Shown: one piece after another, positions 28,025-37,381 of the stretch
How positions within the stretch are numbered: the first letter of the stretch is position 1
How the letters are laid out: each line of letters opens with the position of its first letter
Source: Patescibacteria group bacterium
GTDB taxonomy: Bacteria > Patescibacteriota > Microgenomatia > UBA10105 > UBA927
Length of the DNA stretch: 64,000 bases
Reading direction: 5' to 3'
Assembly: GCA_049322955.1 (NCBI GenBank)
Contig: JBMOPU010000012.1
Span: 886,186 to 950,185 of the forward strand
The notes under the pieces: model-generated
Told to the model about the DNA's origin: nothing
Seen by the model: the letters and a program-made list of their open reading frames with translations, nothing else
The model's database searches: none
Made by a program: the position numbers and the translations under genes

Positions 28025-29661
28025 ATGAGTGCTATTGTACCAAGTGCCGCAAGAATAACGAGCGATGCCGCACTGATACCGTTGGCTACGGAGCGTAATT
28101 TTGTGTCCGAAAATACGAACCGGATATCATAGCTACCAGGATCCAAATCAAAGGTCATGAGTCCGCGATACGACGGATCCTGAAACTGCAAGGCATCGGC
28201 TTCAAGCGGGGCACCGTTTATCGTCACCCGCCATCCCGGAAAATAGAGCGTGTTCTCGACAAACCGCACGGGACCGGTCGTCTCCACATGATAGGAACGT
28301 ACGGTGCTGGTCCGTATTCCCTGGGTGATTCTGCCCTCACTGGGGATAAGGTACGCGGCGCTTTCGGGGCGGCGTTCCATAAAACGCACCGACCAAATAG
28401 GACTGCTTTCGCCGGTATCGGTGGTGCTGTTATAAATCCCCGTAAAAAACGACTCCGGATATTGTTTGTACTCCTTGGCTCGCCACATGGGAACGGTCGT
28501 AATAATCCCGACGATACAAAGGAATACGGCAATTTGTCTCCGCCGTTTGGGTGACGAAAGCACTACCGCAAGCGCTCCGATGACGGCAAGCAGAAACGTT
28601 GTGACCGACAAAAGCCTCCAGGGAAATTGGAATTTCTGAAGTATGGTAACCGTATTCCACAGCGGACTTGATAGTTGCGTCATGGCAAACAGCGTAAAGA
28701 ACAACAGCAGGATGCAGGCGATGAGAAGTTTTTGGTATTTCGAATTTTTCTCCAGTAAAAAGAATCCCACGATGAGCGCAAGCCACGGACCGGCTCCCAA
28801 CCATTTGGACAATTCATTTCCTCCGCCGTAGCTCCAGGGAGAATAAATAAACGCCGTCCACGGCACAAACCGTCCGGCAAATTCACCGGCAGTCACGATG
28901 TCACGAAGCGTATATTTTCCCTCAAAAAAACCCGGCACCCAATAAAATGCGGACAGCAAAAATCCCCATCCCACGGCAATCGCCGCGATCACCAAAAAAC
29001 GCGCACGAAGTTTTGTCTCGTGAACGGTCAAATAAATCGCATACCATGCAAGGATCGGCAAAAACATGATACTTAACGCGTTATGGGCAAGGATAAGACA
29101 TGCCACTCCCACCGCGATGACGGTACCGGGAGCAATCCCCCACCCCTTCCGTATATTTGAAAGCAAAAGCAAGCCGTATGCGATAATCGGCGGAAAGATA
29201 AATGCCATGTGTTCGCCGATTGCTCCCCGAACATACAGATCGATAAACCGATACGGTGCAAATCCGTATAGCACTGCGGCCGTCACCCCGGCCGCCACTC
29301 CCCATGAAGCACTTGCCCACAGATACATTGCCAAAATGCTGGCAATGAAACCGCTGGCAAAAACCAGCTTCGTGCTGTCAACGAATGAAAATCCCAAAAA
29401 GTGAAAGAGCGAGCCGACATACGAAGGAAGCGGATACAAAAACATAAGGATCGGATGTCCGTATCCCCAGTTCAGATTCGCCGCCCATCTCGGCACGATG
29501 TTCCCTTCCGAAAGAGACCGGTAAAAGTTTGCAATTCGCGCGATATGATCCTGCCCGTCATGCGTCACGGGAAAACCCGGATTGAGCAAATCAGAAAGCG
29601 GCAATAGCGCGACACAGAACAGACCGATCCATACTAATACGGAACGTATGTTTCGTTTCAC
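28000..29661 (-). CDS. PTPS-related GT-C membrane glycosyltransferase
   Basis: THDGQDH, PRWA.NLN.GYG.P, YVRGAIGE, AHN, QFPWR, YFPGW. GTG start at 29661 with a GTGA overlap and upstream GGAGG. Confidence 0.78.
   Translation of the reverse strand: MKRNIRSVLVWIGLFCVALLPLSDLLNPGFPVTHDGQDHIARIANFYRSLSEGNIVPRWAANLNWGYGHPILMFLYPLPSYVGSLFHFLGFSFVDSTKLVFASGFIASILAMYLWASASWGVAAGVTAAVLYGFAPYRFIDLYVRGAIGEHMAFIFPPIIAYGLLLLSNIRKGWGIAPGTVIAVGVACLILAHNALSIMFLPILAWYAIYLTVHETKLRARFLVIAAIAVGWGFLLSAFYWVPGFFEGKYTLRDIVTAGEFAGRFVPWTAFIYSPWSYGGGNELSKWLGAGPWLALIVGFFLLEKNSKYQKLLIACILLLFFTLFAMTQLSSPLWNTVTILQKFQFPWRLLSVTTFLLAVIGALAVVLSSPKRRRQIAVFLCIVGIITTVPMWRAKEYKQYPESFFTGIYNSTTDTGESSPIWSVRFMERRPESAAYLIPSEGRITQGIRTSTVRSYHVETTGPVRFVENTLYFPGWRVTINGAPLEADALQFQDPSYRGLMTFDLDPGSYDIRFVFSDTKLRSVANGISAASLVILAALGTIALIWRKRMSS
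28034..28042 (-). promoter_or_regulatory. Candidate extended -10 (TGgTACAAT) for the GT2 gene at 28024
   Basis: Minus strand TTGGTACAATAGCACTCATATG, 9 nt before the ATG. Confidence 0.42.
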
Positions 29662-31183
29662 TTTGTTTCCTCCATTATTCGTTTCTCGATAATAAACCCG
29701 CTCGGTAATTTCCACGAAGCCGTAACGTTTCCTTTTTTAATCACGGTTTCCAACCATCCATTATAACTCCACGGTTTTTCGGGATCAGGTTCAATCAGCA
29801 GATATACGGTGTTTTCAAGCGATGTTCCCGGTACATACCCGTATCGCTTTGAAGCGTGCCAACCGAGAAGATAGTCATACGCGTAGGTATATACGGGGGG
29901 CGTAAAAACAGCAAGATTAAAACGCTCACCCCGTGCGTCAGTGTAAATGAAATCGATCGCATCAATTTTTCCGCGTATTTTCGCCGTCCCGCCATAGTCG
30001 CGATAATCATAAGTAATTATTTTCGGAAATCGGTAAAACACATTGACAAGAAGTACGCCGAGGAGTCCCAGTGCCACCCATCTGCCTACTTTTCCATGCA
30101 TGGCTTTCATACCCGTGTATGCACCGAGGATGGGATAAACAAAATACAGCAGAGAAAAATAATGGGAATATACCGGTCCCCGATACGGATAATAAATGAT
30201 AAGATGTGCAAAAATGAGAAGCAGTATCCCCGTCATATACTGTTGCTGTTCTTTCTTTTTTTCGTGATACACGTACCAGATAGCGGCCGAAAAAAGTATA
30301 AACGGAAACAGATAGGTCATTCCGGGTATACCCAATGAGAACGACTCTCGTACCGTTGCAAGCAGTGCATTGCCGTCTCCTATCACCCGGCAATCGGCTG
30401 AAACGGTTTTGCCTGTGCACCCTGGGTAACCCGCGTGCCGTACGACAGCACCCCGCGAACAATATTCCATCCGTGTCGGGCCTCAAAGAGTATCATGGGC
30501 AGAAACCCCATGAGAGCACCGGCCGCAATGACTATCCAACGACGAATATCCCGTACACGAAGCACGACTGCAAAATAGACACCAACCGCGACGAGTGCGG
30601 GTACCGCCATCGGAATTTCAAAATGATAGAGACTTGCCGCCAAAAATGCCGTGAGAAAAACGGAAACTAAGGTTTTTTTTCGCGACATCCATAGCGCATA
30701 CAAAAATGGCATAACGAGAACTCCCGAGTAATTCGGAGCCCATATCATTCTCGCTTGCGCGGTCAGGGGAAGCGATACGGCTGACAACAGCAATACAAGC
30801 CGCGCAGTAGCATTTCCGAATATCCTGTTTGATAATCTGGTCAACGCAAAAATCACTGCCAAACTCACCGCGCATAAAAACACGATCGACCAGTAAGGGT
30901 TGCCGGCACCAATGAATAACAAACCCGCGAGTATATATCGATATCCCGGTCCGTGGAAAATACCCGGCAGTCCCGCAAAACCCGCACCCGCTTCAGCACC
31001 GATAAGCGTAAATTTATGCGCAAACGCAATCGAGCTTGCCGCCATGGTATCGAGCCCCTGATCAAAACCGAATACGTAGTTGCCGTTTAGTGTCTCCACC
31101 GTACGAAGCACAATTCCCAACGCAATCGCCACCAAACCGGCCGCGGTTAAAACGTACGTACCCAACGCAGATATCCGTTTCAT
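29658..31183 (-). pseudogene. ArnT/PMT-like GT-C glycosyltransferase (DQG type) interrupted by a 1-nt frameshift (ORFs 30383-31183 + 29658-30470; about 508 aa if fused)
   Basis: N-half has GFDQG, HGPGY.Y, WAPN, LFEARH. C-half has TMs, YSHYF and a soluble domain (Y.YLL.W, YLLIEP). The overlapping ORFs are offset by -1, and the fused size matches paralogue 37382-38893. Confidence 0.72.
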
Positions 31184-31187
31184 AGTA

Positions 31188-32816
31188 TTATTTCGTCACG
31201 GCGATAATTGCCGTTTCTCCGTTTTTATTGGCAAACCGTTTCAGTACCTTGGCTCCTGCGGGAACCCCGTTGCTATCGTAGAGATACAGCGTATCCTCAC
31301 TCATATCTTCCGTTCGTTCGGGAAGAAATCCGAACGCGTATGAGCCTATGGTATGGGAGGCTGCAAATCCGCCGGACGTGGTACCCCCCTGTGCCAGATA
31401 TTTTTTGGGATCGTAGTTACTGTAAAAAAGGAAAAACATATACGACTGATACAGCGCTCCCTGGTTACTCATTTCAATCCGGGCATAGGTTCCCTCCTGT
31501 TGTTTTACATACGAAACGGCTTCCGATATCGCGTATTGAAACGAATCGGATTGTTCACGCGGAAAGCGTATGAAGTACCCGTTCCAAAACACGGCTACTC
31601 CGCTTATCGCTACAATCGCAATAATCACTCCGAGCAATCGTTTTCCGTCGGATTTGAGCATGCCTATGACATACCATACCCCCAAAGCGGCAACAATTTG
31701 GGGAATAGGAATCGCCGAATAAAAACGCATCGCATGCGGTGCTCCGGTCGTCAGTGCCGCCGGTATGGGAGCCGCGACAAGGTATGCCGCAAGGAGGAGC
31801 GTTACACGTGACGGAAATTTCTTCTTGGCAAGAAAAACAACGCCGGCGACCAAAAACGGGAGTTCCCACAAATACAGAAGCCCCATACCCGGCACCTTGT
31901 GGGCTTCCCGCTCACTCCCTGTAAATAGCCATCGCGGGGAAAAATGCGAAAGATAATTCCCGGCAAAAATCGCAAGACTCGTCGTATATTTGCTATATAC
32001 CACCCGACCGAAGAGATCATGCCGCGTTACCGCATCGGCGTATCGTGACGTTGCCTCCGTCATTACGGGACTATCGGGCGCAAACGCGCTTGTTCCCTTA
32101 AACCGCGACATACCTTCCGGCGAAAGACTGACAATCATTGCCGGTATCGCAATAACACTCCCCGCCATGACCGCGATAATCACCTGCTTTTTTTCACGCA
32201 GTAGTTCTTTCCAAAAAAGTAGGAGGGTGACAGCGGCAATGCAGGGTACGATCAGCTTCTGGCTTTGATACCCGTGCAGTGAAAGTGCGAAGAATACCGC
32301 CGTATATATCCAATCCCGTCCACGCTTTGCAATAACTGCGCGAAGCAGGAAGTATAATCCGAGCACCGCGAGCGTAAGTCCCAAATTTGCCTCATGGCCG
32401 AGTCGTGACAGATAAATATGCCACGGAGAAATCGCGAGAATTGCGAGCGCCAGTTCTCCGATCGCACGAGTACCCAAATATTTGTTCCCGACAAGAACGC
32501 CTATTTGATACGTCGCCCATAGCGTAATAAGAGAGAGAACAAACGCGGGCAATCGCACGGCAACTGCGGTAAGGCCGAAAACCGCGACAAACGGGATGGT
32601 GAGATAGACATACAGCGCCGGCCGAAAGTCATCGTAGGCACGTAACAGCAACGGAAATGAGTTGCCGTATTCGTCTTTGCCGGTCACCATGATCGAATAG
32701 GCGTTATAGCCTATGGAAACCTCATCCAAAGACGGCGCGGGAGGAACGCTCCCGAGGTGCACAAGTCGCAACAATGCCGCGACGACAAAAAGTGTTACCA
32801 GGATATATCGCTTCAT
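31188..32816 (-). CDS. ArnT/PMT-like GT-C glycosyltransferase (DE-GYNAY type)
   Basis: SLDEVSIGYNAYSI..TGKDEYG, DDFRP, AVRLP, SPWHI.LSR..HE, PHAMR. Confidence 0.82.
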   Translation of the reverse strand: MKRYILVTLFVVAALLRLVHLGSVPPAPSLDEVSIGYNAYSIMVTGKDEYGNSFPLLLRAYDDFRPALYVYLTIPFVAVFGLTAVAVRLPAFVLSLITLWATYQIGVLVGNKYLGTRAIGELALAILAISPWHIYLSRLGHEANLGLTLAVLGLYFLLRAVIAKRGRDWIYTAVFFALSLHGYQSQKLIVPCIAAVTLLLFWKELLREKKQVIIAVMAGSVIAIPAMIVSLSPEGMSRFKGTSAFAPDSPVMTEATSRYADAVTRHDLFGRVVYSKYTTSLAIFAGNYLSHFSPRWLFTGSEREAHKVPGMGLLYLWELPFLVAGVVFLAKKKFPSRVTLLLAAYLVAAPIPAALTTGAPHAMRFYSAIPIPQIVAALGVWYVIGMLKSDGKRLLGVIIAIVAISGVAVFWNGYFIRFPREQSDSFQYAISEAVSYVKQQEGTYARIEMSNQGALYQSYMFFLFYSNYDPKKYLAQGGTTSGGFAASHTIGSYAFGFLPERTEDMSEDTLYLYDSNGVPAGAKVLKRFANKNGETAIIAVTK

Positions 32817-32821
32817 GCGTA

Positions 32822-34450
32822 TTATTCCGAAATTCGTATGGCATCCGGGCCGTCAAGGTATGAAATAACCATCGGGCTTCCCGGTATTTCTTTCGGTGAT
32901 CCGATATAGAGTACCGAGCCGTCATGCTTTTCGTTTGCCCAATTCGGGATAGGACGGAATTCGTACTTATCAAAACGGTTACGCACTTCCTTAAACCCGC
33001 CCGAGGCGGTTCCTCCTGCGGCAAGGTATGCGGCGGGATCATATTTCGTATAAAAAAGGAAAAACATATGCGGTTGTTCGAGCTTTGTGGAGACCACTAT
33101 CTTGTCATATTTATGCTTATTCGCCTCAGCATACTCTACCGCCTGCTTATAACCGTACTGCCAAAACGGGGAATACTCGAGATTCATATGCACATAGTAC
33201 ATGTGGAAGTAGAAAAGCAAGTTCGCCGCTATTGCCGTGACGGCAACCACCCCTCCCGCTCCCATGACGAACCGCGATACCCCGCGGGTTTTCTTGAATA
33301 GCGATATCCCGAAAACGACACTCCCATAGAAACCTACCGCAATGCACAGTTGCAGGATCGGAAGTACCACAAGCGTCCGTATGGCATGCGGCGTTTCCGA
33401 CGTCGGGGATGCGGCAAGCGGGGCAAGCAAGATCCAGCTAACTACCAGTGTCGCGAGCTTCCCGCCTTTTTTCCAAATCGTATACAACCCGATGAACAAA
33501 AACGGCAATTCAAAAAAATAGAGTAATCCGTTATCGGGCGCGTGATGCCGGTCGTTATCTCCGGTCAAAAAGAGCCATCGCAGGGAAAAGTGACTGATAT
33601 AGCCGTCCAACAGCGTCCGTGCGTACACGATACGCCTGTTTTCCATAATCACTCCGATCCGGTCGCCGGCGCGTATATCGTCTTCCAGTTTTTTGACCGA
33701 CCGCATGAGAAGTCCGGTCGTATCGGAAAGCGTACTCGTGCCTTTCAGTCGGGTTACCGATGTTTTATCAAGCAGTACCGGAATAAGCGGCAGGACGGTA
33801 AGAAGCCCCACCATGATGCTTATGGCAATTTTCTTTTTGTCGGAAAACAGTTCTTTTCGCCAGAGAACGCTTACGACCAAAAGCAGAAGCGGCACAAAAA
33901 TACGTTCACTATGGTACGCATACAGTGAAATCCCGAACAAAAATGCCGCAAATACCATCCACGGAAGTGAGGTCAGTCCGCGAAAAAACGCCACCAACCC
34001 CCAGATATTTAACGTGACGCCGGTGTTTGCCTCAAACGCAATCCGCGAAAACTGCAGATGCCAGGGCGAAATTGCAAGGAAAAAAGAAGTAAGCAAGGCG
34101 AGCGTATCATCCTTTTTTTTCACAAGCAGGCTAACCAAATAATAGGTACCGATAACCGCCAAAATGCCCATGACCGCCGAAGGCAGTCTCGTCGCCCATG
34201 TGGTAAGCCCGAACGCGGCGACCGAAGGAATGGCGAGATACGTATAAAGCGGCGGCTTATAATCGTCAAATGACCGAAGCGTCCGCGGGAGGAATATCCC
34301 GTATTCATCTTTACCGGTTTTCAGTATCGAATAGGCGTTATACCCCAACGCCGCCTCATCCCAATCCGGGGAAACGGGCACCACACCAAGCTGCCAAAGA
34401 CGCAGGAACGCCGCAAGAATAATAATGCCGATAAAAAACAGTTTTTTCAT
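32822..34450 (-). CDS. ArnT/PMT-like GT-C glycosyltransferase (DE-GYNAY type)
   Basis: WDEAALGYNAYSILKTGKDEYG, FDDYKPP, RLPSA, SPWH.QFSR.AFE, PHAIR, WQYGY. Confidence 0.82.
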   Translation of the reverse strand: MKKLFFIGIIILAAFLRLWQLGVVPVSPDWDEAALGYNAYSILKTGKDEYGIFLPRTLRSFDDYKPPLYTYLAIPSVAAFGLTTWATRLPSAVMGILAVIGTYYLVSLLVKKKDDTLALLTSFFLAISPWHLQFSRIAFEANTGVTLNIWGLVAFFRGLTSLPWMVFAAFLFGISLYAYHSERIFVPLLLLVVSVLWRKELFSDKKKIAISIMVGLLTVLPLIPVLLDKTSVTRLKGTSTLSDTTGLLMRSVKKLEDDIRAGDRIGVIMENRRIVYARTLLDGYISHFSLRWLFLTGDNDRHHAPDNGLLYFFELPFLFIGLYTIWKKGGKLATLVVSWILLAPLAASPTSETPHAIRTLVVLPILQLCIAVGFYGSVVFGISLFKKTRGVSRFVMGAGGVVAVTAIAANLLFYFHMYYVHMNLEYSPFWQYGYKQAVEYAEANKHKYDKIVVSTKLEQPHMFFLFYTKYDPAAYLAAGGTASGGFKEVRNRFDKYEFRPIPNWANEKHDGSVLYIGSPKEIPGSPMVISYLDGPDAIRISE

Positions 34451-34459
34451 ACTCAGTAG

Positions 34460-36079
34460 TTATTCAAACGCGACAAGCACCGGCGCTCCGTTGAGTAACC
34501 GTACGGTCTCAATCACCCGAGCCGTTGCCGGCACATCTTTGGGCGGCATGATATACAGCACCTTGCCCGAAAAATCCCCCGAGCCCTCCCGTACAAACCG
34601 GTATTTGCCGAACCCATAGACATTGTAAAATCCCGCAGCGTCAAACGATGCATCTTTTGTTGCGGTAAATTCCGAAAGCGGCGTTTGCTTGTAAAACAAC
34701 GCATAAATATACGGCCTGCCGATGCTTTCGGTTAACACCACCGTATCAAAATCTTTTTCATACTTTTCCGCAATGGCGATGGCGGACTTATAGCCGTATT
34801 GCCACTCACCGGAAAACTCTTTGGGATAATGGGCCATAAGGGTATGCCAGAAATAGGCAAAATTTGAAAGAAACAGGAGTACAACAAAAAGACTTACGCC
34901 CGTTCTCCACTTCGTTTTTATTGCCCGGATCGCCGCGACCATGCCGTAGGCGGTAGCCAGCATATAGACCGGAAGACCGTTCTCTATCCGAAGCGCATGC
35001 GGTGTTTCGCGGGCAACCGCGGTGGGGATGATGGCGCTTATGAGCCACCAGAGGAGGAATCCCCCGACAACCGGGTAATCGCGAAACAGTGCAAGCCATC
35101 CGAACATAAGAAACGGTGCGGAAACCAGAAGCAACTGCCCGACGTCCTGCACGGAGAATTTGGGATTCCCATCGCCTTTGATAAATAAGAACCGCGGTTC
35201 CAAATTATCAAAAAAATGGATGAAGTATTCCCTTGCATACCCCACCCTCCGGTTATGGAGAATCGACGAAAGCGGCGAAAAATTATCCGCTTCCCTTCTC
35301 GTGTTGGAGGTTAATACGGTGCGAAGATCGGTAAATATACTTACCTCTTCAAACCGTAGTCTCGCCTGTTTTGACACGAGATGCGGCGCGATGGGGATAA
35401 GGAGGATAAGCGCCGCAAGGATGCCGACGACAGCCTGCTTCCTTGCGCGAAACAGATCGTTTTTAACGATAAGCAAAAGTCCCCCTGCGATGAGCGGCGC
35501 CGCATAACGGGTGCTGTTAAAGGTGTAAATACCCAATATAAACGGTATCCACGCAACGTAAAAATACTTCGGTTCATTTCGACCCCGAAGCACCGCCCAT
35601 ATGCCGGAAATCAGGAAAAATACGGCAATGTTCGCCTCAAATCCCGCCCGCGACAACATGATGTGCCACGGGGTAACCGCCATCAACGATGCGGCAACCA
35701 GACCGATAGCATCCCGCTCCTTGCTGTCGCGAAAAAGCTCCCGGGCTAACACAAAGAGCATGCCTACGGTTGCCACGCCGAAAAGCGCCGAAGGGAGCCG
35801 CACCGCAAGTTCGGTAAGACCGAACAGCGCGACAAACGGTACCGTAAGATAAATGGGCAGCGGCGGCTTGTAGTCACCGAATGCCGCAAATGCATCAAGC
35901 GGCATGAATGTCCCGTGCTCATCCCTGCCGGTCGTGAGAATGGTGTACGCGTTATACCCTATCGATGCCTCATCCCAGGAAATTGCAGGGGGATTGGTGC
36001 TGACGCGAAACGTACGAAAAAAGAGTGCTACAAGAAGCACACCCGCAAGCAACGGTATCACGTACTTATGCTGTTTCAT
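34460..36079 (-). CDS. ArnT/PMT-like GT-C glycosyltransferase (DE-GYNAY type)
   Basis: WDEASIGYNAY.ILTTGRDEHG, FGDYKPP, VRLPSA, PWH..LSR.GFE, PHALR, WQYGY. Start is 36079 or 36094. Confidence 0.82.
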   Translation of the reverse strand: MKQHKYVIPLLAGVLLVALFFRTFRVSTNPPAISWDEASIGYNAYTILTTGRDEHGTFMPLDAFAAFGDYKPPLPIYLTVPFVALFGLTELAVRLPSALFGVATVGMLFVLARELFRDSKERDAIGLVAASLMAVTPWHIMLSRAGFEANIAVFFLISGIWAVLRGRNEPKYFYVAWIPFILGIYTFNSTRYAAPLIAGGLLLIVKNDLFRARKQAVVGILAALILLIPIAPHLVSKQARLRFEEVSIFTDLRTVLTSNTRREADNFSPLSSILHNRRVGYAREYFIHFFDNLEPRFLFIKGDGNPKFSVQDVGQLLLVSAPFLMFGWLALFRDYPVVGGFLLWWLISAIIPTAVARETPHALRIENGLPVYMLATAYGMVAAIRAIKTKWRTGVSLFVVLLFLSNFAYFWHTLMAHYPKEFSGEWQYGYKSAIAIAEKYEKDFDTVVLTESIGRPYIYALFYKQTPLSEFTATKDASFDAAGFYNVYGFGKYRFVREGSGDFSGKVLYIMPPKDVPATARVIETVRLLNGAPVLVAFE

Positions 36080-37346
36080 GAGTGATTTTTTCATCGAGAA
36101 CCTTGAGCCCGCCTAATGCATACACCATAGACAGGTAACCCAAGTGGCTGTTGTTGAAATACCGGCTCATATACCAATAAACGGTCAGAAACACCGCGTA
36201 ATAAACAATCATCCGCGACTCGTCCGGTCTCCCCATAAACCATCGCATAAGGATGACAAACGTCGGCACGGCAAAAACAATCTGCCAATATATAAACGGA
36301 TAGTAGGCATGGATATCGGTAATGATCCCCGCATCATACAGCACCATCCCCAATCCGTACCCTGAGACCGGGTAACTGGTGGCAGTTCCTCCGGAAAGAT
36401 ATAAAATAACACTCTCGATAAATGCTTTCGCATCCCACAGAACAAACGGTGCGGTAAGCACGAGTCCCGTCACGGCACAGGCGGCCGCCGAAATCCAAAA
36501 AACACGCCGGTGCGCCGCCGTTTTCAGCCATAGCGCGACAAGATAAAACGGCGCCATAAACCAAATTGTTTGCTTGCTTAACATCGCCAATGCAAATACG
36601 ACAGCACTCAGCGTGTACCGCTTATACGATAAAAACAGCAGTGCACCGACAAGCCATGAAAGAGCAAATACATCGCTCCGTCCTTCGACAAAGTAATCCA
36701 CGACGGACGGTGACAAAGCGGTGATAATCATGGCAATGCGGGCAACACCCTTGTCGCGAAACCAAAACCATAAAAAGAAGAGAAGCATCCCCATGGTAAA
36801 AAGCGATGCCATACGGCCGTCAAAAAATCCGAAGACGGGAATTCCCGTGTAATAAAAAACAAACGGAAACAACAAATACCAGGGAGGCATGACAAAGTGA
36901 TACAGTGCGGGGTTTACCGCATCGCGACCGAGCTCGGCGTAATGAAAACTTTCCACCGGAGTTCCGAAATACGTTTCCTTATAGGGGTTTTTCCCGACGA
37001 TGAGATAACGCATGGCCGCTTCCTGTTGGAGAATGATATCGTGCACCTGATACACGGGTGCGGTTTTTGCCCTATCAAACATGGCCGTGACCGTCGCCCC
37101 GCCGAGCGTTATGACAAACGTCGCGATCATCAAAAATACTTTGACAATGTTAAGGTGTTTCTTATATTTGCCTAAGAGTTCCGGAAAAAATGAGATCACA
37201 CAATGAAGGGTAAGCAATAAAAAAAGCATGCCGAAAAGCCAATACGGCGTTCCTTCCACGGGAAGTATCCGATACTTCATAACAATAGGAATGGAGAGCG
37301 CAAAAAGGAGAAGCGAATCGACGATGCTAAGCCACATACCTGTCAT
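36066..37346 (-). CDS. GT87/DUF2029-like GT-C glycosyltransferase
   Basis: HDI..Q.E.A...L..GKNPY, MPP, DGR, EGRSD, SKQT.W, PF..W; polytopic. Start may be the ATG at 37337. Confidence 0.7.
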   Translation of the reverse strand: MTGMWLSIVDSLLLFALSIPIVMKYRILPVEGTPYWLFGMLFLLLTLHCVISFFPELLGKYKKHLNIVKVFLMIATFVITLGGATVTAMFDRAKTAPVYQVHDIILQQEAAMRYLIVGKNPYKETYFGTPVESFHYAELGRDAVNPALYHFVMPPWYLLFPFVFYYTGIPVFGFFDGRMASLFTMGMLLFFLWFWFRDKGVARIAMIITALSPSVVDYFVEGRSDVFALSWLVGALLFLSYKRYTLSAVVFALAMLSKQTIWFMAPFYLVALWLKTAAHRRVFWISAAACAVTGLVLTAPFVLWDAKAFIESVILYLSGGTATSYPVSGYGLGMVLYDAGIITDIHAYYPFIYWQIVFAVPTFVILMRWFMGRPDESRMIVYYAVFLTVYWYMSRYFNNSHLGYLSMVYALGGLKVLDEKITHETA

Positions 37347-37373
37347 TGTACTAAATCAACTTATGCTTGACCA
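37345..37373 (-). promoter_or_regulatory. Candidate promoter TGGTCA-N17-TACAAT, possibly leaderless onto the ATG at 37337
   Basis: 4/6 match to -35 at 37368-37373, 17-nt spacer, TACAAT at 37345-37350, ATG 7 nt downstream. Confidence 0.38.
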
Positions 37374-37381
37374 TTGAGGGA

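Noticed and set aside
30380-30385. TGA readthrough or genetic code 25 explaining the split gene
   Set aside because: TGA is followed immediately by in-frame TAG, the continuation is in another frame, and TGA is used as a normal stop throughout.
30673-34120. A8 tracts (minus strand) at 30673-30680 and 34113-34120, and similar tracts elsewhere, as phase-variation sites
   Set aside because: They are in-frame Lys-rich codon runs with no associated frame disruption; nothing distinguishes them from background.
32692-34342. Short identical stretch ATCGAATAGGCGTTATA in two neighbouring genes
   Set aside because: It simply encodes the conserved YNAYSI motif of paralogues and is not an independent repeat element.
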